64,000 nucleotides of DNA from Coprothermobacterota bacterium (GTDB lineage Bacteria; Caldisericota; JANLFM01). The number at the start of each line of letters is the position of its first letter. Within the stretch, counting starts at the first letter, position 1. A model generated the notes under the pieces. That model ran no database searches. It was not told the DNA's origin and worked only from the letters and a program-made list of their open reading frames with translations. The position numbers were made by a program, and so were the translations under genes. Positions 37,559-46,756 of the stretch are shown piece by piece. The DNA is taken from NCBI GenBank assembly GCA_026389455.1, contig JAPLHV010000157.1:10786-74785 (forward strand), read 5' to 3'.

Positions 37559-38899
37559 CTACTGAGCCAGACGTTCGACGATTCGCCGGGCTACCAGCAC
37601 CCCTGTGGCAGAGGCTTGCATCAGCCCACGGGTGATGCCAGCCCCATCGCCGATGGCGAAGAGGTTGGTCACCTCGGTCTCCAAGCTGGGCGTCAACTGA
37701 GGTCGGGCGGAATAGAATTTCACCTCGATGCCATACAGCAAGGTATGGCGGGAAGCAATGCCGGGAGTGAGTTGGTCGAGCGCTTGGAGCATCTCCAGGA
37801 TATTCGTCAAATGACGGTAGGGCAGCACGAAGGAGAGATCCCCAGGAGTGGCATCAGCCAAGGAAGGCGTGACGATGCCATGCGCCAGCCGATCATGGGT
37901 GGAGCGGCGACCGCTTTGCAGGTCGCCCAGTCGTTGCACAATAACGCCTCCTCCCAGCAGGTTGGCCAGTTGAGCGATGTATCGGCCGTATGTGATGGGT
38001 TCTTTGAAAGGGGCAGTGAAACGAGTGCTGACCAAAATAGCAAAATTGGAATTTTCGGTCTTGCGATTGGCGTAGCTGTGCCCGTTGACTGTTGTTACCC
38101 CATCTGCCTTTTCTATTGCTACAACACCGTATGGGCACATGCAGAAAGTCCGGACGCGGTCGTCGAAGGAACGGCTGAAGTACTCCAGTTTGGCCTCGAA
38201 GGAGACAGTGGTAAGCGGTTCCAATACAGCGGCGGGAACCTCTACGCGGACACCCACGTCGACCGGGTTGCGGGTCATCGTCAACTGAAGGCGTTGGCAT
38301 TCCTCTACCAACCAGGAAGCCCCCTCTCGACCGGGCGCCATCACCAGGATCCGGCATTGGAATTCCTTGCCGTCGCTGGTTTGCACCCCACGCACGATAC
38401 CCCCCTCCACTAAGATACGGCTGACATGGCAGCCTGTCCGGATCTCCACTTTTGGGGCAAGGTGATCGCGAAATCGTTGCAGGATGGCTGTGCAGTTATC
38501 TGTGCCGAGATGCCGGATTTTGGCCGGAACAAAGCGTAGGCTGGCCATAGCGGCTCGCCGGCGCAACGCTGAGATGGCGTCTTCGTCGGCGCCGAAGATC
38601 TCGGTAGGGGCGCCGAAATCGAGGTAGATCCGATCGACGTATTCGATCAGGCGCGCAGCCTCTTCCGGGCCAACGATATCTTTCAGATACCCACCGATAT
38701 CGGCGGTCAGCGTCAGTTTTCCGTCTGAGAAGGCGCCTGAACCTCCCCAACCGCAGGTCAGGGAGGAGCGTTCGTTCAGCTCCTGGCCTTTTTCCAAAAG
38801 CAAGATTCGCAGGGGAAGGTTCTGTCGGGTTAGTTCAAGGGCTGTGAAAATACCGGCGGGACCGGCTCCCACGATGATCAGATCGTACTTTTCACTCAT
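37559..38899 (-). CDS. FAD-dependent oxidoreductase, uncharacterised family
   Basis: GAGPAG, GSGAFSDGK, RTFCMCPYG, GDGAGITRG. Confidence 0.85.
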   Translation of the reverse strand: MSEKYDLIIVGAGPAGIFTALELTRQNLPLRILLLEKGQELNERSSLTCGWGGSGAFSDGKLTLTADIGGYLKDIVGPEEAARLIEYVDRIYLDFGAPTEIFGADEDAISALRRRAAMASLRFVPAKIRHLGTDNCTAILQRFRDHLAPKVEIRTGCHVSRILVEGGIVRGVQTSDGKEFQCRILVMAPGREGASWLVEECQRLQLTMTRNPVDVGVRVEVPAAVLEPLTTVSFEAKLEYFSRSFDDRVRTFCMCPYGVVAIEKADGVTTVNGHSYANRKTENSNFAILVSTRFTAPFKEPITYGRYIAQLANLLGGGVIVQRLGDLQSGRRSTHDRLAHGIVTPSLADATPGDLSFVLPYRHLTNILEMLQALDQLTPGIASRHTLLYGIEVKFYSARPQLTPSLETEVTNLFAIGDGAGITRGLMQASATGVLVARRIVERLAQ

Positions 38900-38926
38900 A
38901 ATCCCTCACCGTGTCGAGTTATTTAA

Positions 38927-39004
<78 letters not shown>

Positions 39005-39015
39005 ACCGCCAAGGA

Positions 39016-39044
39016 ATCCTAGCATGTTTTCGTGCTGTGATCAA
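39016..39044 (-). promoter_or_regulatory. Promoter of tRNA-Pro
   Basis: TTGATC-17 bp-TAGGAT with extended TG. Confidence 0.6.
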
Positions 39045-39056
39045 GGAAGATTGCTC

Positions 39057-40415
39057 TTAGTCTTTCCCCTTGGTTCGCGAAATACGAGAGCGGAACTGCA
39101 AGCGGATCGGCGTTCCCACCAAACCTAACTTCTGGCGCAACTCGTTGTGCAAGTGGCGCTCGTATGAGAAATGAAGGTTTTCCCGCTTGTTGACGAAACA
39201 GAGGAAGGTGGGCGGCGCGGTTCCCTTCTGCGTCGCATAGAAGATCTTAAAGGCCTTGCCCGGAGCCTGAGCCGGCGGGTTTGCCTCCTGGATCTCCGCA
39301 AGGATGCGGTTCAATGCGCCGGTGGTAACCTGGGTATGGTAAGAGTTAAGGATCGTGGAGACGAGCGGGGGGACACCCTTCAGGTTCCAACCAGTCACGG
39401 CCGAAACAGGGAGGGCTTCGGCGAAGGAGAGGAAATCCAATTCGCGCCGCAAGAAGGGAAGGAAGCGCTGCCATTTTTCTCCTTGAAGGTCGGTCAAATC
39501 AGCTTTATTCACCAAGACCAGGCAAGCCTTGTTTGCTTCTTGGATCAACCCGGCGATCTTGCGGTCTTGAGCCAGGATTCCCTCGCTGGCATCCAATACG
39601 AGAAAAGCCAAATCTGCCCGTTCCAATGCTTTGGTAGCTCGCAAAATACTGTAATACTCTATATCCTCCCCTACTCGGCTTTTCCGTCGGATGCCGGCAG
39701 TGTCTACCAACAGGGCATCGCCGAACGAGGAGTGCCAGATGATATCCACAACATCGCGCGTGGTTCCCGGTAGGGCGCTGACGATGGACCGTTCCTCGCC
39801 CAGCAAGGCGTTCAGCAGAGAGGACTTCCCGACGTTCGGGCGGCCGACGATGGCAATGCGACCCACCAGCGGTTTCTCCTCAACTGGCTCTTCGAGGGAG
39901 CTCTCCAGAGGCGGCAAGTCCTCTACGATTGCGTCCAGCAAATCGCCTACGTTTAAGCTGTTCAAACCGGAAACAGGAATCGGGTTAGGCCATCCCAAGG
40001 AAAAGAAGTCAAGGCTTCTAGGCAACTGTGAGGCGTGGTCGATTTTATTGACGGCCAACAGTGCCGGTTTACCGCTTCGCCGTATCAGGCGGGAGACATC
40101 CTCGTCCAACGATTGTGGTCCTGCTTGACCGTCCACCAGGAAGAGGATTAGGTCGGCCTGCTCAATCCAATCCTTCACGTTTTTTTGAACTCGCTGCTGC
40201 AGCTCGGAATCTTCCAGGAAGTCTAATCCACCGCTGTCCACCAGGGTGAAGGTTCGGCCCTGCCATTCGACCTCTGACATCAGCAGGTCGCGAGTGACCC
40301 CCGGTTGCTGGTGTACGATCGCCTTCCGTTGTTCACAGAGGCGGTTGAAAAGAGCCGATTTGCCCACATTGGGTCGGCCTAGAATAAGAACCTTGGGAGT
40401 TATGGAAGGGGGCAT
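39057..40415 (-). CDS. der: Ribosome biogenesis GTPase Der (EngA)
   Basis: Two GRPNVGKS G-domains and a KH-like C-terminus. Confidence 0.96.
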   Translation of the reverse strand: MPPSITPKVLILGRPNVGKSALFNRLCEQRKAIVHQQPGVTRDLLMSEVEWQGRTFTLVDSGGLDFLEDSELQQRVQKNVKDWIEQADLILFLVDGQAGPQSLDEDVSRLIRRSGKPALLAVNKIDHASQLPRSLDFFSLGWPNPIPVSGLNSLNVGDLLDAIVEDLPPLESSLEEPVEEKPLVGRIAIVGRPNVGKSSLLNALLGEERSIVSALPGTTRDVVDIIWHSSFGDALLVDTAGIRRKSRVGEDIEYYSILRATKALERADLAFLVLDASEGILAQDRKIAGLIQEANKACLVLVNKADLTDLQGEKWQRFLPFLRRELDFLSFAEALPVSAVTGWNLKGVPPLVSTILNSYHTQVTTGALNRILAEIQEANPPAQAPGKAFKIFYATQKGTAPPTFLCFVNKRENLHFSYERHLHNELRQKLGLVGTPIRLQFRSRISRTKGKD

Positions 40416-41086
40416 GGGGTGAGTTGAGGTGAACCCAGACGCTCTTCCACCAAAGCGAAGATCTGGGATAGAGTCTCATCTAGCGAGAGTTGGCTGGTAT
40501 CGACAATCAGGGCGTCCAAGGCCGGTTCGAGCGGAGCTACGGATCGAGTGGAATCAATCCGGTCTCGCAGACGAAGGTTTTCCTGAACCTCTTCCTCCCC
40601 AGCGCGCAAGCCCAAACCACGGCGCTGGTGTACGCGCCGGCGATTGCGAACCTTTAGATCGGCCACCAGGAAGAGCTTCAGGGGAGAAGTAGGGAAGACG
40701 ACCGTGCCGATGTCTCTTCCCTCTACTACTGCGCGTCTCCCTTCGACCAGTTGGCGCAAGGCCTCGTTGACCTTTTCCCGTATAGCCGGTATCGCCGCCA
40801 CGAAGGAAACCTGGCTCTCCACCAGAGGAGATCGCAATTCGCGAGTCAGAATATGACCCTTGCGGCGGTGTTTGCCCAGCCGGAACTCGAAGCGGATCGC
40901 AGGCAAGGCAGCCAACACTGCGGATTCCTCCATCGGAACGCGCAGCTCTAAAAAGCGATAAGTGAGGAAACGATAAAAAGATCCGGAGTCGATGTACTCC
41001 AGTTCATAACGAGCGGCAACGGCACGGGCAATGGTGCTCTTTCCCGAGGCAGCGCCGCCATCGATGGCAATGACCAGAGAACTCAC
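40400..41086 (-). CDS. cmk: Cytidylate kinase
   Basis: IAIDGGAASGKST, VEGRDIGTVVFP, RDRIDSTR. Confidence 0.93.
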   Translation of the reverse strand: MSSLVIAIDGGAASGKSTIARAVAARYELEYIDSGSFYRFLTYRFLELRVPMEESAVLAALPAIRFEFRLGKHRRKGHILTRELRSPLVESQVSFVAAIPAIREKVNEALRQLVEGRRAVVEGRDIGTVVFPTSPLKLFLVADLKVRNRRRVHQRRGLGLRAGEEEVQENLRLRDRIDSTRSVAPLEPALDALIVDTSQLSLDETLSQIFALVEERLGSPQLTPCPLP

Positions 41087-41388
41087 CTGGATTGCAGCAA
41101 TTCCTTTACACGGGTAGAAAACTCCTGCTCGGTGGAGACGGCGGCCAGATCAATGTCCTCCCCGATGAACCCTTCGATCAGCCCACGGATTAACTCCCCC
41201 CTCCAGAGCTGTTTGCCGCCTCGAGCCTTGCACTCGCGAGCGATCTTGTCGATCCAACGCAGTTGATGTTGCGGCAAGAAAAGGATTACTTTCTCCAGAG
41301 TCTCAATCGGTTGTTTGGCTGACGCGCTCTCCGGGGAGGATCCTTTGACTCGTCGTCCTTCTTTCATCAGATCGCTAAACCTTGGCAT
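41083..41388 (-). CDS. Hypothetical protein (possible ribbon-helix-helix C-terminal half)
   Basis: Overlaps both neighbours in the operon; GGAGG RBS. Confidence 0.6.
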   Translation of the reverse strand: MPRFSDLMKEGRRVKGSSPESASAKQPIETLEKVILFLPQHQLRWIDKIARECKARGGKQLWRGELIRGLIEGFIGEDIDLAAVSTEQEFSTRVKELLQSR

Positions 41389-42187
41389 TATCTAGGACAC
41401 CTCCCAAGTCTTTCACTACATCTTGAACGATCGGTACATCAAGCTTCTTTGTTCGCCGGATGTAACCTTCCAACAAGCACATATCGCAGATCATGTTGAT
41501 CAAGCGAGGAACCCCGGTAGAGTAATGATAGATCTCGGCGATGGCTTCCGGTGTGAAGGGGAAAAGGGGGGCGCCGGCTGTACGCAAACGATGGGCGATG
41601 TACTCGGTCGTTTCCTTCTCGCCCAGCGAGGCCAGACGGGCACGAATCACGACCCGTTGATTTAACTGGGGAATCTTGCGGAGGCGGCCTTCCAGCTCCG
41701 GTTGGCCGACCAATAAAACAGTGTAAAGTTTGTCCTTGTTGGTCTCCCAGTTGGTGAGCAGGCGGATCTCCTCCAGACAATCCCTGGATAGAAGTTGTGC
41801 TTCGTCCAGGATCACAACCAAAGAAACGCCGGCCTCCAATTGTTCGAGGGCATGTTTACGTAAAACAGCGATGATATCGCGTTTGTAATGAGGCACTTGC
41901 TCGAAACCAAACTCGTAACAGATCTCCCGAAGCATCTGAACTGGCGTAACCTTGGGGTTCAGCAACACCGCAGCGCGGGCATTGCGCAACTTTCCGATGA
42001 CCACGCGGGTGAGGGTCGTTTTCCCCATCCCCACTGCGCCGATCAACATGGCCAGCCCTTTCCGGGAATGGATGGCGTAGCGAATGCGGGCTTCAGCCTC
42101 CTCGTGTTGCTGGCTGGGGTAAAGGAATGCCGGGTCCGGGGTGGTCCCGAACGGTTGCTCGCGTAAACCCCAGAAGCTCTCGTACAA
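41375..42187 (-). CDS. ExeA/GspA-family AAA ATPase
   Basis: MYESFWGL..PF..TPDP, GAVGMGKTT, ILDEAQ, LVGQPEL, GVPRLINMICD. Confidence 0.9.
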   Translation of the reverse strand: MYESFWGLREQPFGTTPDPAFLYPSQQHEEAEARIRYAIHSRKGLAMLIGAVGMGKTTLTRVVIGKLRNARAAVLLNPKVTPVQMLREICYEFGFEQVPHYKRDIIAVLRKHALEQLEAGVSLVVILDEAQLLSRDCLEEIRLLTNWETNKDKLYTVLLVGQPELEGRLRKIPQLNQRVVIRARLASLGEKETTEYIAHRLRTAGAPLFPFTPEAIAEIYHYSTGVPRLINMICDMCLLEGYIRRTKKLDVPIVQDVVKDLGGVLDNAKV

Positions 42188-42190
42188 GAC

Positions 42191-42583
42191 CTAGCCCTCT
42201 TCTCGCAGAGCGATAGCCTCGATCTCTACGCGGACGCCCTTGGGCAAAGCCAAGACGGCGACGGTAGATCGTGCCGGGAAAGGCGGGGAGAAATAGCGCG
42301 CGTAGATCTCGTTGACGGCTGGAAAATCGGCCATGTCCGTCAGAAAAATGGTCGTCTTTACAACTGCTTTCAAGTCAAGGCCGGCCTGCTCCAATAATCC
42401 CTTGAGGTTTTTCAACGACTGTTCTACCTGAGCCTGGATATCCCCCTCTACCAGGGCGCCGTCCGGGAGCAGGGGGATTTGGCCGGAAAGGAAGATAAAG
42501 CCACCTGCCTCCACACCAGGCGAATAAGGACCGACCGGGGGTGCGGTGCAATCGGATGCGAAACTGCAGCGTTTGCCCATCAT
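42191..42583 (-). CDS. RidA family deaminase
   Basis: GPYS, LSGQIP, FPARSTV, VEIEAIA. Confidence 0.92.
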   Translation of the reverse strand: MMGKRCSFASDCTAPPVGPYSPGVEAGGFIFLSGQIPLLPDGALVEGDIQAQVEQSLKNLKGLLEQAGLDLKAVVKTTIFLTDMADFPAVNEIYARYFSPPFPARSTVAVLALPKGVRVEIEAIALREEG

Positions 42584-43884
42584 GCCTCCTTCAAGAGTTC
42601 TCCTACTACATCATAAACTAATCCTCGGATAATGCGAACGGTCAGGTAGGCGCCCGGTTCGGCATTTGTTTGTGCCCTGGGACCGCCGCACCCCAGTGCG
42701 GCATCGTCTTGTGCTTGTATCCTTACCCAGGCATCGATCTCCGGAGCGTCGCGCGTCGACCGGCAGAGCAACGTTCCCGGTTCTTCCGGGTCAGGATGAT
42801 CCGCCAGAACGCGTATCTGCGATCCTACGAGATGTTGGTTCTGCTCTGAATAGATTCGCTCCTGCAGTTTCCAAAGAGCATCGTAACGGCGCTCTACTTC
42901 ATCGGAGGGGAGCTGTCCGGGCAGGTGGGCAGCCTCGGCGCCTCCCTCTGCGTAGAAGGGAAAGAGAGCGAGACGATCGAAACGAAGCTCCTCGACAAAA
43001 TCGTACAGCTCTTGAAATTCACTGTCTGTTTCCGAGGGGAAGCCGGCGATCAGCGACGTTCGCAAGGCAGCTTCCGGCCATTCTGTTCGGGCGACATCCA
43101 GAACGCGCCGCACTTCAGCCTCCCCGCCCGGCCGTTTCATGAGACCGAGGATACGATCATCGATGTGTTGTACCGGGATATCCAGGTAGGGAACCACTGC
43201 CGGTATCTCGCGCAGTCGTCGCAGAAAATCGCGGTCCACTCGTTGCGGGAAGAGATAGAGGAGACGGACCCAGGGGAAGCCGAGATCGGCGATCTCCGCC
43301 ACCAAGTCAAGGTAGCGTGGCGACCCGTAAAGATCGATCCCCCAGAGGGTGGCGTCTTGAGCCACCAGCACGATCTCTTGAATTCCGGCTTGGCGTAGCC
43401 CCCGCGCCTCTTCCAGCAGATACTCGCGCGGAAGCGAACGAAATGGCCCGCGCAGCGAGGGAATCAGGCAAAAGGAACAGTTGCGGCTGCAGCCTTCAGC
43501 GATTTTCAGATAAGCGTACGGAAAAGTAGTCACCAGTCGCGGCGCCTGGCGTGCCTCTAATCGGGCAACCTCGCTGAGATCTTGAAAGGAATGCACCTCC
43601 GGAAAAGCTTCAGCCAAGCCGGTGCGATCTCGCTGCACCAGACAACCTGTCACCACTACCTGCCGATGGCGGCCGCTGGGGTGATTCTCTACAGCATCCT
43701 CGATAGCAGCCCAGCTTTCCTGGGTGGCTGGTTCGATGAAAGTACAGGTGTTGACGATTAACAAATCCGCTTCTTCGGGTTGACCTACCACCCAGCCGCG
43801 CTGGGCATAGTCGGCAAGGATCCGCTCACCGTCCACGCGGTTCTTTGGACAGCCTAGGTTGATCAGACCAACGATGCCCCTCAA
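42580..43884 (-). CDS. rimO: Ribosomal protein S12 methylthiotransferase
   Basis: LGCPKNRVD, NTCTFI, YLKIAEGCSRNCSFC, DAPEID. Confidence 0.93.
   Translation of the reverse strand: MRGIVGLINLGCPKNRVDGERILADYAQRGWVVGQPEEADLLIVNTCTFIEPATQESWAAIEDAVENHPSGRHRQVVVTGCLVQRDRTGLAEAFPEVHSFQDLSEVARLEARQAPRLVTTFPYAYLKIAEGCSRNCSFCLIPSLRGPFRSLPREYLLEEARGLRQAGIQEIVLVAQDATLWGIDLYGSPRYLDLVAEIADLGFPWVRLLYLFPQRVDRDFLRRLREIPAVVPYLDIPVQHIDDRILGLMKRPGGEAEVRRVLDVARTEWPEAALRTSLIAGFPSETDSEFQELYDFVEELRFDRLALFPFYAEGGAEAAHLPGQLPSDEVERRYDALWKLQERIYSEQNQHLVGSQIRVLADHPDPEEPGTLLCRSTRDAPEIDAWVRIQAQDDAALGCGGPRAQTNAEPGAYLTVRIIRGLVYDVVGELLKEA
42677..42705 (+). repeat. Family C element inside rimO
   Basis: CTGGGACCGCCGCACCCCAGTGCGGCATC resembles 21444-21476. 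Confidence 0.7.
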
Positions 43885-44630
43885 GGAGCGGGGTACTGGA
43901 AAATGCTGGGCAACGGCGCAGCCACTGGGTTGCCATCGACGCTCAATTCAAATTTAACAGGGTCATCGAAGGTGATGGTGAAAGTCCATTGGCGAAAGGT
44001 GTAGGTTGTGCCGGCTTCCATGGTCTGCTCGAAAATGACGCGATCCGCGCTCTGAACCAAAATATGACCGCTTTCCAGCGCCGTCACCCGCACCTCAACC
44101 TCGTTCCCGGTGGGAAGTGGGCTGCCTGTCGGTAAGTTGGCAGTAGGGCTGGTTGTTGCGGGGGGCGTAATAGACAGCGAAGCGGTGGAAGTGGGAGTGA
44201 CGGTCGGGGTGTTGGTTGGAGGCGGAGCGGTGGAGGGAAGCAAGATGTTGGCGATGATCAAACCGCCTACCACCAATACAAGAATGATAGCGATGATCAC
44301 CAGGGCGCGCGTCCAGGGATTGCTGCGGCGGGTAAATGCTTCCACCGAGGGAGTCGGTATGCGCTCAGGGGATTTTTCTATTTGATACAAAGGGATTGCT
44401 TGACGGTTGAACGCTTCGACGAGAGGCTCAGGATCAAGGCCCAAGAACTCGCCATATTTGCGCACGTAGGCTCGCGCGTAGACGAGCCCTGGCATCACCA
44501 GGAAGTTATTCTCCTCGATGGCTTGCAAGTAACGCAAGGAGATACGCGTAACTTGCTCTACCTCTTCCAGTATGATGCCACGGGAGAGCCGCAGTTCCTT
44601 GAGAGCTGTTCCGATGTCCATCTCGGCCAT
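43881..44630 (-). CDS. rodZ: RodZ-like HTH membrane protein
   Basis: IG..LKELR, YLQAIEE, YARAYVRKY, single TM; upstream of rimO. Confidence 0.8.
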   Translation of the reverse strand: MAEMDIGTALKELRLSRGIILEEVEQVTRISLRYLQAIEENNFLVMPGLVYARAYVRKYGEFLGLDPEPLVEAFNRQAIPLYQIEKSPERIPTPSVEAFTRRSNPWTRALVIIAIILVLVVGGLIIANILLPSTAPPPTNTPTVTPTSTASLSITPPATTSPTANLPTGSPLPTGNEVEVRVTALESGHILVQSADRVIFEQTMEAGTTYTFRQWTFTITFDDPVKFELSVDGNPVAAPLPSIFQYPAP

Positions 44631-44638
44631 TATGCTCT

Positions 44639-44714
44639 ATCTTAGAGAAGGTCTTCCAACCTTGTCAAAAAAGAAGGATTTTGGTTGACATCCACCAGCT
44701 TTCTTCCCTAGAAT
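44639..44714. promoter_or_regulatory. Back-to-back divergent sigma70 promoters
   Basis: Minus: TTGACA (44663-68)-18-TAAGAT (44639-44). Plus: TTGACA (44685-90)-18-TAGAAT (44709-14). Confidence 0.7.
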
Positions 44715-44725
44715 TTCCTCCAGCT

Positions 44726-44816
44726 CCCCGCCGGTGGCGTGGTAATATCACCCCGCCGGTGGCGTGGTAATATCACCCTGCCGGGGGCGTGGTAATATCA
44801 CCCTGCCGGGGGCTAT
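44726..44816 (+). repeat. 25-bp tandem repeat (about 3.6 units) built on the family A head
   Basis: CCCYGCCGGKGGCGTGGTAATATCA x3 then CCCTGCCGGGGGCTAT. Confidence 0.9.
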
Positions 44817-44900
44817 TTGCTCTCCCCTACTCCGGCTTGGCGTCCTCGTGCAACTTAGTCGGGTTCGAACAGAGGGGATCCTTAGCAAGGAGGCTTTTTG

Positions 44901-45521
44901 GTGGATGGACTCTCATTATTCTGGCGGGGCCTCGCACTGGGCTTCAGCATCGCGGCGCCGGTGGGTCCGATCGGTTTGCTTTGCATCCAACGTACGCTGA
45001 ACGGCGGGATGATTCAAGGTTTTGTCTCAGGTTTAGGCGCAGCCAGTGCGGATGCCATCTACGGGACTATTGCCGCGCTAGGTCTTGCCTCATTGGCTTC
45101 CTTCCTTGCGTCCATCTCTTTCTGGGTCCAGCTCGTCGGTTCGCTTTTTCTCCTCGCCTTGGGGGTGCGCATCTTCCTATTGCGATCCGCAACGCTCACG
45201 ACTGGAAGTTCAGGTTCGGGATTGTTGGCTTCCTACGGCAGCGCTTTCCTGCTGACCCTGGCCAACCCAATGACCATCCTCTCTTTTCTGGCTGTCTTCG
45301 CCGGGATCGGTTTGGCCAGTGCCAGTTCAGGCTACAGCGGGGCCGGATGGACGGTGGCCGGCGTATTCCTTGGGTCAGCTTGCTGGTGGTTGTTCCTCAG
45401 CGCTGTGACCGGCTTGCTCCGGAAACGCGTGACAGTGAAAGCCTTGCTCTGGGTGAATCGTTTTGCCGGCTGCCTGCTCGTCGGCTTCGCCATCTGCTTG
45501 CTCGTAAGTCTGTGGAGATAA
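44901..45521 (+). CDS. LysE family translocator
   Basis: IAAPVGPIG, GLGAASAD, LTLANPMTI; AAGGAGG RBS. Confidence 0.9.
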   Translation: MDGLSLFWRGLALGFSIAAPVGPIGLLCIQRTLNGGMIQGFVSGLGAASADAIYGTIAALGLASLASFLASISFWVQLVGSLFLLALGVRIFLLRSATLTTGSSGSGLLASYGSAFLLTLANPMTILSFLAVFAGIGLASASSGYSGAGWTVAGVFLGSACWWLFLSAVTGLLRKRVTVKALLWVNRFAGCLLVGFAICLLVSLWR

Positions 45522-45751
45522 GATCGAAAACCGTAGACTCATCATCCGATCGTGAAGGTTTTCCTTCGACTTGGTTTGGGAAAGCCTCTTTCCCGTGCCA
45601 TCAACCCTCCTGTGATCCCACAGGGGCCGCCTTCATGAGTCGGTTGGAGTATCCGGCATTATCCTATCGTTTTATATTGCCGATCACAGCAAGGGCTTCT
45701 CGCACTAATTAAGGAAACCATTCAGACGGGCATCATGCTATCCTGTCTGTC

Positions 45752-46750
45752 ATGGATCGTTTGAACGAGATGGATCGACTGATGGGAACGCTCACGGTTG
45801 AAGAGATTCACCAAGCTGCGGAGCGCATTCGTCCCTTTGCTCACCGCACCCCGGTTTTTACCTGCAAGAGTCTTAACGAGCGCACCCAAGCAGATATTTA
45901 TCTCAAAGCTGAAAACCTGCAAAAGGTCGGCGCCTTCAAGTTTCGCGGCGCCTGCAATGCGGTCCTTTCCCTCTTGCCGGAGGAAGCTGAGTGCGGCGTA
46001 GCCACTCACTCTTCGGGGAATCATGCCCAGGCTCTGGCTCTTGCCGCCCGCTTGCGTGGAATCCCCGCCTACATCGTCATGCCCCGCACCGCTCCTCAAG
46101 TAAAGGTGGCTGGAGTGGCCGGGTATGGCGGGCAGATCACTTTCTGCGAGCCGACCTTGGAAGCGCGCGAGACAACACTTGAGGATGTGGTGCAACGAAC
46201 CGGCGCCACCATCGTCCACCCGTACAACGATCTTCGGGTGATCGCTGGTCAGGGAACAGCGGCGTTAGAACTGATGGAGCAAGTGCCTGACCTGGACGTG
46301 GTGATGACCCCAGTGGGCGGTGGCGGGTTGCTCAGTGGGACAGCCATCGCTGTCTCCGCCCTCTCGCCTCGAACCCGCATCATCGCTGCCGAGCCGGAGG
46401 GAGCCGATGATGCCTATCGTTCCCTGCTGGCTGGCCGGATCCTCCCTTCGGTGTACCCCCAGACGATCGCTGATGGCTTGTTGACTTCCCTGGGGACACT
46501 GACCTTTCCAATCATCCAAGAGTTGGTAGAACAGATTGTCACCGTTAGCGAGGATGCCATCCTGTCGGCCATGCGTTTCACCTGGGAGCGAACCAAGCTG
46601 ATCATCGAACCTTCCGCAGCCGTTCCGCTGGCCGTCTTCTGGGAAGCCAAGGTCGACCTGATAGGGCTTCGCATCGGAGTGATCCTCTCCGGGGGAAACG
46701 TCAGTTTGGATCAGCTACCCTGGCAGATTGACCGGCCGACCCTTTCTTGA
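45752..46750 (+). CDS. Serine/threonine dehydratase (serine racemase-like)
   Basis: KAENLQKVGAFKFRGA, SSGNHAQ, PVGGGGL, SGGN. Confidence 0.9.
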   Translation: MDRLNEMDRLMGTLTVEEIHQAAERIRPFAHRTPVFTCKSLNERTQADIYLKAENLQKVGAFKFRGACNAVLSLLPEEAECGVATHSSGNHAQALALAARLRGIPAYIVMPRTAPQVKVAGVAGYGGQITFCEPTLEARETTLEDVVQRTGATIVHPYNDLRVIAGQGTAALELMEQVPDLDVVMTPVGGGGLLSGTAIAVSALSPRTRIIAAEPEGADDAYRSLLAGRILPSVYPQTIADGLLTSLGTLTFPIIQELVEQIVTVSEDAILSAMRFTWERTKLIIEPSAAVPLAVFWEAKVDLIGLRIGVILSGGNVSLDQLPWQIDRPTLS

Positions 46751-46756
46751 TCTCGT

